From Felis catus (taxonomy: Eukaryota): DNA of 64,000 nt. Location: positions 33,172,001-33,236,000 of the forward strand of contig NC_058368.1 in the NCBI RefSeq assembly GCF_018350175.1. The letters are read 5' to 3'. Each line of letters begins with the position of its first letter. Position 1 is the first letter of the stretch. The notes under the pieces are model-generated. The model saw only the letters and a program-made list of their open reading frames with translations, searched no databases and was not told the origin of the DNA. Both the position numbers and the translations under genes were made by a program. Below are positions 52,689-63,313 of this stretch, piece by piece.

Positions 52689-53427
52689 AAACTGCTTACT
52701 TCCTTTGTCAGAATTACCTCAACCAAAGACAGAAATCATGGCAATAAGGATAAACTCTGAACCAAAATCTGAGAGATAAATGGTTTCTTTGAAATGTGAT
52801 TGGGAGGCAGTTTCTCCAAACTAGATCCATCTGTGAGAGAAGAAGAAACTTCTAATTCTGCTCTTGTTTCTCTCCTAACTTGTTTTAGGATATTAGGAAC
52901 CTGTCCTTTTAAGTGATATCTTAGCCTTCTGTTCTTAGAATACATAGGGTTAAAATAAGAACAACTCACAAGCCTGGTTAAAGTGAGAGGCTAAAATGAA
53001 AACAAAAACAAAAAACTGTGGGTTGGCCAGCTTTGCAAAGTCCGTTTTCCACCTCTAATCTTCTCTACACACAAGGCTGAGGAAGCTATTTATGACAGCG
53101 GTTCTTGCACTTTGATTGTACATTGGATTTTTTTTTTAAATTCCATACAGAGCTACATACCAGGCCAATTAGATCAGAATATCTGAATGAGATACCTTCT
53201 CATATACTTCCAGTATTCATCAATAGTTTGAAAACACTGATAACAAGTACCTCTTCCTGATGTTGTTTGTCTCTGGAAGAATGAGAGTAAATCCTCATCC
53301 AAATGAGTTATTGTGTGAGATGAGGAAGGATAAATACTGTTCCCCATCCTTCCCCTCCCCCCCCCCGCCCCTTCCCCGCCATGCCTGGGACTCTCTATTC
53401 CAGGAGTTATTTTCACCTAGTTCTTTT

Positions 53428-53649
53428 TCTTTTTCTTTTTTTTTTTTTAACGTTTATTTAGTTTTGAGACAGAGAGAGACAGAGCATGAACAGGGGAGGG
53501 TCAGAGAGAGGGAGACACAGAATCTGAAACAGGCTCCAGGCTCTGAGCTGTCAGCACAGAGCCCGACGCGGGGCTCGAACTCAGAGACCGCGAAATCATG
53601 ACCTGAGCCGAAGTTGGCCGCTTAACCGACTGAGCCACCCAGGCACCCC
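53428..53649 (-). mobile_element. Young CAN-SINE
   Basis: Perfect 14-bp TSD cacctagttctttt (53414-53427, 53651-53664). Confidence 0.97.
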
Positions 53650-54525
53650 ACACCTAGTTCTTTTCTGTGGCCATAGGGTTAATGCAGATGACAGTGTATC
53701 CTTTGGTCCCTATCTAATTCTTACCGCAAGAAATAGGAGCTTACAAACAAATCAATAAGCTCTCTGAGGAATACCTTTGTTTCAAAAGAAATCAACAAGC
53801 TGGATCAACCATAGATGCAATAACAGGCGAATATTTGGGCACTTTTGAAGAACAGTAATATCGTCATCATCATTATAAAACTTATACATTAAACACAGTA
53901 AAAAAGACACATGTCTTAGGATATATGAGCAGGGAAAAAAAATCCAGAATACAAATGGGAAAAAGAAGAACTGAAATGAAAAACACCATAGATGGGAGTA
54001 ATTAGAGAGTGTTTAACCTTTGGGAAACAAATTTGAAAATTTTACATTTGCAGATTGAAAAATTCTCCCAGAAGTACCAAGAGAGGATAAGTTAAAAATT
54101 GTATATAAGAAAGGTGAAGAGAACTAAAAAACAATGTAGAAGTGTTAACATCTGGGTTTTAGGATTATAGAATGAAAGAAAATTTTAAATATTGGAACTA
54201 AAAACTCTTTGATTACATGATATTATTAAGTGTCCTGGAATAAAAAATAAACAGGTGAGCCTTCAAAGTTAAAAAAAGGAGATAAGGAGCATTTCAAGTC
54301 TAGACACCCATAGTAAAATTATTAAATATCAGTGACAAAATGAAAATTATAAAAGCTCATAGGAGAAAAGGGCATTTCCATTAAAATAAATAGAAAACAT
54401 AATGTCATGACAGTTTTCTGTGACAATATTAACTAAATGAATGCAAATTTTATAAATATAGGGGAGATAGAATTTTAATAGAACTGTCATTCAAACATGA
54501 GATTTGATAAAAAATACTCTCTCTT

Positions 54526-54747
54526 GGGGCGCCTGGGTGGCACAGTCGGTTAAGCGACCGACTTCAGCCAGGTCACGATCTCCTGGTCTGGGAGTTCGAG
54601 CCCGGCGTCGGGCTCTGGGCTGATGGCTCAGAGCCTGGAGCCTGTTTCTGATTCTGTGTCTCCCTCTCTCTCTGCCCCTCCCCCGTTCACGCTCTGTCTC
54701 TCTCTGTCCCAAAAATAAATAAACGTTGAAAAAAAAATAAAAAAAAA
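54526..54747 (+). mobile_element. Young CAN-SINE
   Basis: CpG-rich; TSD aaaaaatactctc / aaaaaatgctctc. Confidence 0.97.
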
Positions 54748-54843
54748 TGCTCTCACACATATGTGTTTTAGAATATCTGATATATGTGGATATGTATAGA
54801 AAAACAATTTTAGGTAGAATATTTATACAAGAAAAGAAATATA

Positions 54844-54890
54844 ATGGAAACCAATTTGACAATAAATTTCATATTTAAAAAATAATTAAA
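54844..54890 (+). mobile_element. Extremely 5'-truncated felid L1 3' tip
   Basis: atggaaaccaatttgacaataaatttcatat is identical to the L1 terminus at 23005-23035 and is followed by an A-rich tail. Confidence 0.85.
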
Positions 54891-54985
54891 GAAAAAAAAA
54901 TAATATATTCACTAATATTGCAGGAGATGTTTGACCTAAATTGATCAAATTTTTAAAGATTTGCTGTTATATTAAAAATAACTGA

Positions 54986-55227
54986 GGGGCGCCTGGGTGG
55001 CTCAGTTGGTTAAGCGGCCAACTTCGGCTCAGGTCATGATTTCGCGGTCCTTGAGTTCGAGCCCCGCGTGGGGCTCTGTGCTGACAGCTCAGAGCCTGGA
55101 GCCTGTTTCAGATTCTGTGTCTCCCTCTCTCTGACCCTCCCCCGTTCATGCTCTGTCTCTCTCTGTCTCAAAAATAAATAAACATTAAAAAAAATAAAAA
55201 ATAAATAAATAAAAATAAAAAATAAAA
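54986..55227 (+). mobile_element. Young CAN-SINE with long patterned A tail
   Basis: Perfect TSD aaaaataactga (54974-54985, 55228-55239). Confidence 0.97.
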
Positions 55228-56866
55228 AAAAATAACTGAAATCATAGGAAAAAGACATAATAACTCAGAAAAAACCTTGGAATAAATATCAACCTATGCC
55301 AGTGGCAGAGAGAGTGCTAAGGATGTGAGAGTATGCTTAATTTTTTATGTGTATAAAGACATATAATTCTTTTTAATTATGGAAAAACAATGGGGCCTAC
55401 CTAGTAAAGTTAAAAATGCACATACCCCCAAATTTCTTATCTGATGTGTATCCTAAATAAGTTTGTGTATGTTCACTAGAAAGCCTGTGTAAGGATGGTT
55501 TTATAAATACTGTTTCCAGTAGCAAAACACAAGAAAGTGCAAATGTTAGAAGATTATATAAATGCATCCCATTTTATTCATACAATTGAAAAAATAAAGC
55601 CCTGGAAATAAATGAAAAACACTGCATTCAACAGTTTAGATAGGTCTCAATCACATAATGTAGAATAAGTTCAATATGATCTAATTTCAAAAACATGCAA
55701 AGCTAAATAATACATATATTTTTAGAGACATAAGTATAAATAGTAATATGAGGGATGAAATCAAGGGGATGGTAAACATAGTCTTGGGGTAGGTTTACGA
55801 CTGAGGAATGAGGAAGCCATGCTCCTTCCTACATATAGAAGTGACTTTTAGCAATAATGATGAAACTCTATTTCTTCTAATGAATGATGTTTATTAAATT
55901 GAAAAATTGTATAGCACATATTTTAAATAACTTTAACAAAATATGTGGGAAGATAGGCTTTGGAAATGCATTCAAGAGAAGAAGGGGATGAATGGGAAAG
56001 ATGTAAAAAAATCCCTACCTATTCCCTTTACTGAAGTTAGACTCAATAGACAGTAATTAAAGTTTACTTTTCCATTTACAAGATGTAAGCCAAGTTCATT
56101 CAGAGTCACATTACTTTCACTGAATTAGTGTGACTTAAGAATACAAAGTCACATCGTAAGTCTGAGTGTTGGGAGTCAGATTGGAGATGTGCTGCTTGGG
56201 GCAAATTCACAGGTTTCCAGGTTTCTCTATGAAGGCAAGAAATGATTGTATAAGATTGGATGGGAAAGTTGTCATCAGCAGATCACTGTTCTAAAATATA
56301 AACTCTGCTTTAAGAAATTCTCTTCAGGCCAAATTTCTGCATACTGTACTTTATTTACTTTCTGCACATACTTATTTTTCATCTTACTAATTCTAGCTTA
56401 AGAAAGACAATCATTGCTTTCATAGATTTTGGAAGAGTGTTTTCTTTTTTCACATAATTTATTAAGACACTTGTAAAGGGCAAAATAAAATAAAATAAAT
56501 ATAAAATAATATTTTAAATTAACATTAAAAGACAAATAAAATTTTCCAAATCAAAGTAAATATATTCCTTCAAAATCATAGGTAAGATATTAAGATCATC
56601 AGGGAACTTAATCTTTAATTTAATATTGAATAAATTGCATAAAATGAATAACATTCAAATAAATATTCAAATAAAATGTGAATTTTTTATATCACTCAAA
56701 TGTTAAGATACCACTGTACTAATTCCTATAAAGAAATTAGATTAAATTACTTTGAAATTAATTTTACCTTAAAATGATGTGAAGCTTAACCACCAAATAA
56801 TGCTTCATCTGAAGGATTCTATTTTTATGAATTAAATGTCATCTAGAAATTTATTATGCTTATAAT

Positions 56867-57009
56867 GTTTATTTTATTTTATTTTGAGAGAAGGAGAGAG
56901 CACACTCAGTGCAGAGCCTGACATGGAGCTCAATCCCATGACCGTGAGATCATGACCTGAGTCGAAATCAAGAGTCAGACATTCAACCAGTTGAGCCACC
57001 TGGGCACCC
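56867..57009 (-). mobile_element. Internally deleted CAN-SINE (about 143 bp)
   Basis: Head and tail present, middle missing; TSD tattatgcttataat / tattatgtttataat. Confidence 0.9.
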
Positions 57010-57237
57010 TATTATGTTTATAATAGAAGTTGAGATTTGACTGACTTCGTAAATGACTATTCATAGGGAGAGGCATGTGTGTATATTTAGCCTATGCTCA
57101 AGTTTTAAAGATGCCAGAATATGTGAAAAGCTATATAGCATACATACTCTCTAATGGAGCAAGCACATTTAGAGGAAGCACAACATTTGACTGTAGTGTT
57201 ACAAGATGATATCAATTTCTGTAAGAGTAGAAATAGG

Positions 57238-57240
<3 letters not shown>

Positions 57241-57275
<35 letters not shown>
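57241..57275. repeat. (TG)n microsatellite
   Basis: Directly visible. Confidence 0.95.
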
Positions 57276-57278
<3 letters not shown>

Positions 57279-57464
57279 GTGAGAATCATGGAGGAGTGGG
57301 GAACTGGCAGACAGGGGTTTGTCCATCATCTGCAGGTTACTAAAATGTCTACTAAAAATTATCTAGCAATCATCAGCTAATGAATACCATTTAAGCGACA
57401 CAAGAGAATATTGTAAATATTTCCTTCCCCTGTAGTTTATATCTGTCAGATAATAAAACTGTGG

Positions 57465-59345
57465 GGTGACATCAGTGAGAATGATAGAATGAAGCACTCC
57501 AAATGTCCTCTATTTTATAAAAGCAGCAAGAACAATGGCAAACATAGTGGAATCGATATTTTCAGAATTCTGGAAATTTAATCAAAGTCTTCTTGAAATC
57601 TGGGGAGCATTTATTAAGAAAAAACAACTGAATCTCAGTAAGAACAGAAAGGTTTGTAGCATTTTTACCTTGTCCTACTCTATCCCCTCATCCCCAGCTA
57701 AATAACTGAAAACTAACAGTAATCACGGTGAAAACCAACAACCTTTTTGCCACTAATGGGGAAGAATGGGTTAAAGCTCCTTCCAAGCCCCATCCCATAG
57801 AATTGTTGTTAATAAAACCATTGACTGATTTCTTGAAAGATCTCACTTGTGTTCATTTTTATTTGACTAACTTAGATCTTGCCTGTTGCCCAAAGGCATT
57901 TATTTATTGGGAATAATTAAAGGCAAGGCAATCGATTGAAACCAACTAAATGCCTGAGATGGTAGATAACAATGTGAGCAACAGTAGGTTAATCAAAAAG
58001 CTTAAAAGGAAATGCCAGATAATGAGGTATTTATTCACATGGATCTGTCAAAACTCTGGAATACTCCTGGGAATCTAAGAAGCCAATGCACATTCATAGT
58101 ACTGTGTTTATAAGCAGGGCTGTGCTCATGCTTAGTAATACGTGAAAAGTCCCTAAACTGTATCTCTGGATGACTTTGAGTCTCTCTGCAACCAGAGAGT
58201 GAGTCTAAGACAAACTTGTAAATTGCCTGGCTGAATGTTGAAGATTCCCTCAACAAACACATTGAGCCCTTCAGTTCTCTTCGAGGTACTAGGCATTTAA
58301 TGAAATCCCTTCCCATTGCTAGCTGACTGCTAAAGTAACTGAGAAGAGACTTTAGTGATCAAACATGACCTATAGAGCACAGCCTTTAGAAAATTAATTC
58401 ATAAAGTAACTAAACAAAAGATAAAAAAGAGCAACAACAAAAAAGCTTGTCCAGAGTATATAATCTGGTTTCCAGAGCGGCCAAATTATATTATTTAAAC
58501 TGTCCAGTTTTAAAGGAAAAAGAATAAAAAACCTGCGAAGGAACAAGCATATATGGCATATATAGAGAGACCAAAAAAAAGTCAATACAAATCCCCAAGG
58601 AAGCCCAGACAGTGGACTTACTATACAAAGACTTTAAATCTTAAATATGATCAAAGAAGCAAAGGAAATCATCTAGAGAAATAAATGGAGTACAAAAAGA
58701 TCTCACTAAGCATGGAATATCAGTAAAGAGAATGACATTATAGAAAGAAACCCAACTGAAATTATGTAGTTAAAAAGGATAGTAAATGAGGGGTGCCTGG
58801 GTGACTCAGTTGGTCGAGCTTTGGCTCAGGTCATGATCTCACGGTTCACGAGTTTAAGGCCTGTGTGAGGCTCCGTGCTGACAGCTCAGAGCCTGGAGCC
58901 TGCTTCAGATTCTGTTTCCCTCTCTCTCTGTCCCTCCCCTGCTCTCTCTCTCTCTCTCTCCCCCCCCCGCTTCTCTTTCTCAAATAAATAAATAAACATT
59001 AAAAAAAGAAAAAAGAACAGTAAATGAAATGAAAAATGTGTTAGGAGCTCAACAACAAATATTACCTGACAGGAAATAAAAACCAGAATGAAGGTCATTT
59101 GCGACTATCCAATCTGAGGAATAGGGAAAAAATAAAGTGAATAAAAGTTAAAAGAACCTTGAGACCTGTGGGAAATGAAGTAGCATACCAATCTAAACAA
59201 ACTGGGGTCTCAAGGGGAGGAAATAAAAATGAATAGAAAGAATATTTGAAGAAACAATGGCCAAATATTCCCAAGTTTAACGAGATGTGTTAATTTACAC
59301 TTCCAAGTAGCTCAGTGAATTCCAAATTGAATAGATTCAAAGAGT
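57465..59345 (+). mobile_element. Old L1M 5'UTR and ORF1 remnant
   Basis: 'gtgacatcagtgagaatg...ttttcagaattctggaaattta...gagcatttattaagaaaaaacaactgaatctcagtaagaacag' (L1M 5' end) and 'gaatatttgaagaaacaatggccaaatattcccaag' (ORF1). Confidence 0.75.
58790..59012 (+). mobile_element. CAN-SINE
   Basis: TSD aaggatagtaaatga / aagaacagtaaatga. Confidence 0.95.
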
Positions 59346-59348
59346 GCC

Positions 59349-59447
59349 AACAGCTCAGAGCCTGGAGTCTGCTTGGGATTCTGTGTTTGCCTCTCTGCCC
59401 CTCTCCCCCCACCCTCAAAAATAAACACTAAAGAAAATTTTTTAAAA
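59349..59447 (+). mobile_element. Headless (5'-truncated) CAN-SINE
   Basis: Begins at acagctcagagcctggag; CT tract, aataaa and tail present. Confidence 0.88.
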
Positions 59448-59489
59448 AGGATGATCTTAGTCCAACTCCTTTATAAAAAGCAAATGGAA

Positions 59490-60925
59490 ACCCTTCTTTC
59501 ATATGGCTGAATAACATTCCATGTTTTATGCCACATGTTGCTATAAATAACATAAATATTCCATGGACGTTTGGGTACATATTTTTGTGTGAACAAATGT
59601 TTTCCTATCTTTTGAGTGTGTAACTAGGAGTAGAATTGCTGGTTTATGATAACTCTATGTTTAGCTTTTTGTGGAACTACAAAACTGCTTTGTAGATGAA
59701 AGATTATACATTTCCACCATTAGTGCGTGAGCATTCCAGTTTTCCACATATGTGTTAATACTTCTTATTTTCTTTTTTACTGTAACCAACCTGATAAATG
59801 TCAAGTGCTATCTCACAGCTTTGACTTGAATTTTCCTAATGAGTAATGATACTGAGCATCTCTTCACATAGTTACTCATCATTTGTACCTATCTTCAACC
59901 TTGGACAGCACATTGTTGATTAATGTAACTTTGTAGTAAGTTTTTTTTGTCTTTTTTTTATTGGCAGATTGGTTTCCATACAGCACCCAGTGCTCATCCC
60001 AACAGGTTCCCTCCTCAGTGCCCATCACCCCCCCTCTCCTCCCATCCACCCCCATCAACCCTCAGTTTATTCTCAGTTTTTAAGAGTCTCTTGTGGTTTG
60101 GCTCCCTCCCTCCCTAACTTTTTTTCCCCTTCCCTTCGCCTCCGCCATGGTCTTCTGTTAAGTTTCTCAGGATCCACGTAAGAGTGAAAACATACAGTGT
60201 CTGTCTTTCTCTGTATGACTTACAGGTGGAAAATAAAATAGAGGTGGCCATAGCACAGATTGAAGAGGCAGAGGAGAGAATAGGTGAATTAGAAGATAAA
60301 ATTATGGAAAAAGAGGAAGCTGAGAAAAAAGATAAAAAAAATCCAGGAGTATGAGGGGAGGATTAGAGAACTAAGTGATGCAATCAAACAGAACAATATC
60401 CGTATCATAGGAATTCCAGAAGAAGAGAGAGAGCAAGGGGCTAAAGGTGTACTTGAACAAATCATAGCTGAGAACTTCCCTGATCTGGGGAAGGAAAAAG
60501 GCATTGAAACCCAAGAGGCAAGAGAACTCCCTTCAGATGTGGATGGAACTGGAGAGTGTTATGCTAACTGTAGTAAGTTTTAAAATGGGAATTTCATGCT
60601 ACAAAATTCATGAACCTTGTAAATGGTAAGCCAAATGAAAGAAATCAGAAATACAAGGCCAAATATTGCATGATTTTATTCATAGTAAATGTCCAGAATA
60701 GGCAACTTTATACCAATAAGAAGTAGATTGGGGGAAGGTGTGGGGGAAAAGAACCAGGTGTAACTGCTGGTAAGTATGGAATGACGAAAACATTCTGCAA
60801 ATAGCTAGTGGTGATCATTGCAAAACTTTGCAAAAATCCCCCCCCAGAACACTGAATTGTACACTTTAAAAGGGCCAATATTATGGTATGCAAGTTATAT
60901 CTCAATTAAAAAAAAAAAGGAAAAA
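59490..60925 (+). mobile_element. L1MB-like element: inverted ORF2 segment (59490-60590, -) plus forward 3' end (60591-60925), interrupted by a felid L1
   Basis: Reverse 'atggctgaataacattccatg...ctaggagtagaattgctgg'; forward 'catgctacaaaattcatgaacc...aaatgtccagaataggcaa...cactgaattgtacactttaaaa...ttatatctcaattaaaaaa'. Confidence 0.85.
59945..60568 (-). mobile_element. Rearranged felid L1: 3'UTR (-), ORF1 piece (+) and ORF2-end piece (+) within one TSD
   Basis: TSD tgtagtaagtttt (59932-59944, 60569-60581); 59945-60223 is the reverse complement of the L1 end seen at about 22766-23030; 60224-60540 encodes IEEAEERIGELEDK...NNIRIIGIPEEE...IIAENFPDLGKE. Confidence 0.93.
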
Positions 60926-62318
60926 GAACTTGTGGCTGCTTAAAGAGAATGGACTCTTTCAAAGTGACTTTGTTCAATAAGCTATTTAAATGGAATGTTA
61001 AATGATCTACACTCTAGAGGCAATGACATTCTTTTCAGAAAAATAAATTAATGGTGATAAGCACTTACATCTATTGATAGTGCCAGTAATTAGCCATTGC
61101 TTAGCTGCCCTGTCATAGTTGTGGTGGAGGGACAAAAGGAATATTTTTTTCATTTGCAAATGAATGAAGACCAATAATATACTAAATTACCCCCAGAAGG
61201 ATAAAACATGCCTAATCACCAAACTCTGGCACTCTTTTCAGTTTTTCCTTTGATTTTTTTTAAAAATGTCATATCTAACCATAAGATATTTTGAAAATAT
61301 AAAATAAACAGAGAAGATAAATGATCCTTCCTTTTCTTAAGAGTTGCCCAATGTCTGATGGATGGAAAGAGTATGCAATATGATTAGAATTAAACTAGTC
61401 CTTAGAGAAAAAGTTCAGACATTCATTGGAACTTACTTAATAAGTGAAAAAATAGCTTAAGAAATATATACATAGTATAACGTATACTTAGAATAAATTT
61501 CAAGAAATTCCTGATAAAAATAGTTAGAATAAATGTTTGCAACTTACTGGGTTTCAAGACAAACATTTTCATCTCTGTTAGTATATATTCTGCTTTTTAA
61601 AAAAATTTGTCTACAACAGAGTCTCAGATGGTTGTCAGAAACATTACTCAACAGTGATACTTTTTTATATGTAACTTTACATTCACTGGATTATTAATAT
61701 CTCTTTCTTATAAGCATATATATCCACTTTTAAATAATAATGGAAAGAGTACCACAGAAACATATATGTGCATGACTTTGTATTCTCAAATTTGTAAATA
61801 ATTTACATGTTTCATTTCCTATTAAAGATTTTAATATTAAATATTTACACCGTTTATAAATTTAACTATAACCTTAAATCATCACCTGTTATTTTTTCTT
61901 AAATATACCAAGTGTAACAGTATAGGCCAGTGAAGAAATATCCTAAATTTAAATTAATCCAAGAGTTTATGACTTTATTTTCCTTTAGATATATTTTTTG
62001 TGGTGTCAGCACATTTTTTTTCCGTTATGAAAAACCGGTATATAGTGATGAGATAAACTTGGGGAATGTACTCTTCTTTTATAGTTATTAGGTAGGACCA
62101 ATATTGGAGCTTAAGATTTTCTGAAAGAGGATATGTTGGATCTCTGATTATCTGAACCTATTTTGTATGACAACCAGAGTCAGATTGGAAGCAAAAAAGG
62201 ATAATGTTTCTATCTGGTTTTGTATTGTATATTTTACATTTTTTTTTTCTGAAATGGTTTACATAGCTGTATTCAGAACCTCTCCTTGCAAAGACACACT
62301 ATTAAAAAAATATTTAAA

Positions 62319-62520
62319 GGGGCGCCTGGGTGGCTCGGTCGGTTAAGCGTCTGACCTCGGCCCAGGTCATGATCTCGCAGTCTGTGAGTTCCAGCCCCGT
62401 GTTGGGCTCTATGCTGACAGCTCAGAGCCTGGAGCCTGTTTCCGATTCTGTGTCTCCCTCTCTCTCTGCCCCTCCCCTGTTCATGCTCTGTCTCTCTCTG
62501 TCTCAAAAATAAATAAACGT
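62319..62520 (+). mobile_element. Young CAN-SINE
   Basis: TSD taaaaaaatatttaa (62303-62317, 62521-62535). Confidence 0.97.
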
Positions 62521-63086
62521 TAAAAAAATATTTAATAACAAGTTCAGATCACATGAATTATCAGTAACAAAGGTTTGAATACTGGATCCAAAAATAATTA
62601 AATTTAGACCTGTTATATGTCCAGTATCACTCATTACTCAATCACACTATTTCTGAGAGAACCATCAATATTCCTACTTCCTATTTTAGAAATATCTCAC
62701 CAAACAAGGAAACTGTATTATTGACGTTAAGTTCTGTTTGGGGAAAAACAAGTTAATTTTCAAATGAAAAAGAACCACGAGCAGATACAATATGACAAGT
62801 TAAAAAAAAAAAAAAGAAAAAGAAAAAAAAAAAAAAGGAATCATAGTTCTGACCTGTCTATTCATATACACTTTTATGTTTATACCTAAGGGTCCCAACT
62901 GTAAAATAAATTCCCTGAATACTCTAATGAACTACTAGGTTGCTTGGGACATAAAACAGTAACTTTAATAGGCAAACAGTAACATATTAGCATTCAATGA
63001 TCTCTTCCTACCAGCAGAAACCTAATAAACAATGAAGTGTGCAGAGAAAAGATGAAAGACAGCATGCACTGAAACAATGCTTTTTA

Positions 63087-63313
63087 TTTTTTTTTTTTTA
63101 TTTTTTTTTCAACGTCTATTTATTTTTGGGACAGAGAGAGACAGAGCATGAACGGGGGGAGGGGCAGAGAGAGAGGGAGACACAGAATCAGAAACAGGCT
63201 CCAGGCTCTGAGCCATCAGCCCAGAGCCCGACGCGGGGCTCGAACTCACGGACCGCGAGATCGTGACCTGGCTGAAGTCGGACGCTTAACCGACTGCGCC
63301 ACCCAGGTGCCCC
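63087..63313 (-). mobile_element. Young CAN-SINE
   Basis: Perfect 16-bp TSD gaaacaatgcttttta (63071-63086, 63314-63329); CpG-rich. Confidence 0.97.

Larger units (their letters stand above)
53850..55930 (+). mobile_element. Highly degraded old L1 (ORF1-like to 3' end remnants), split by SINEs
   Basis: A-rich sense strand; 'agacacccatagtaaaattattaaatatcagtgacaaaatgaaaattataaaagc' (ORF1-like) and 'gtaaagttaaaaatgcacatacc...ttgtgtatgttcactag' (3' region). Confidence 0.5.
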
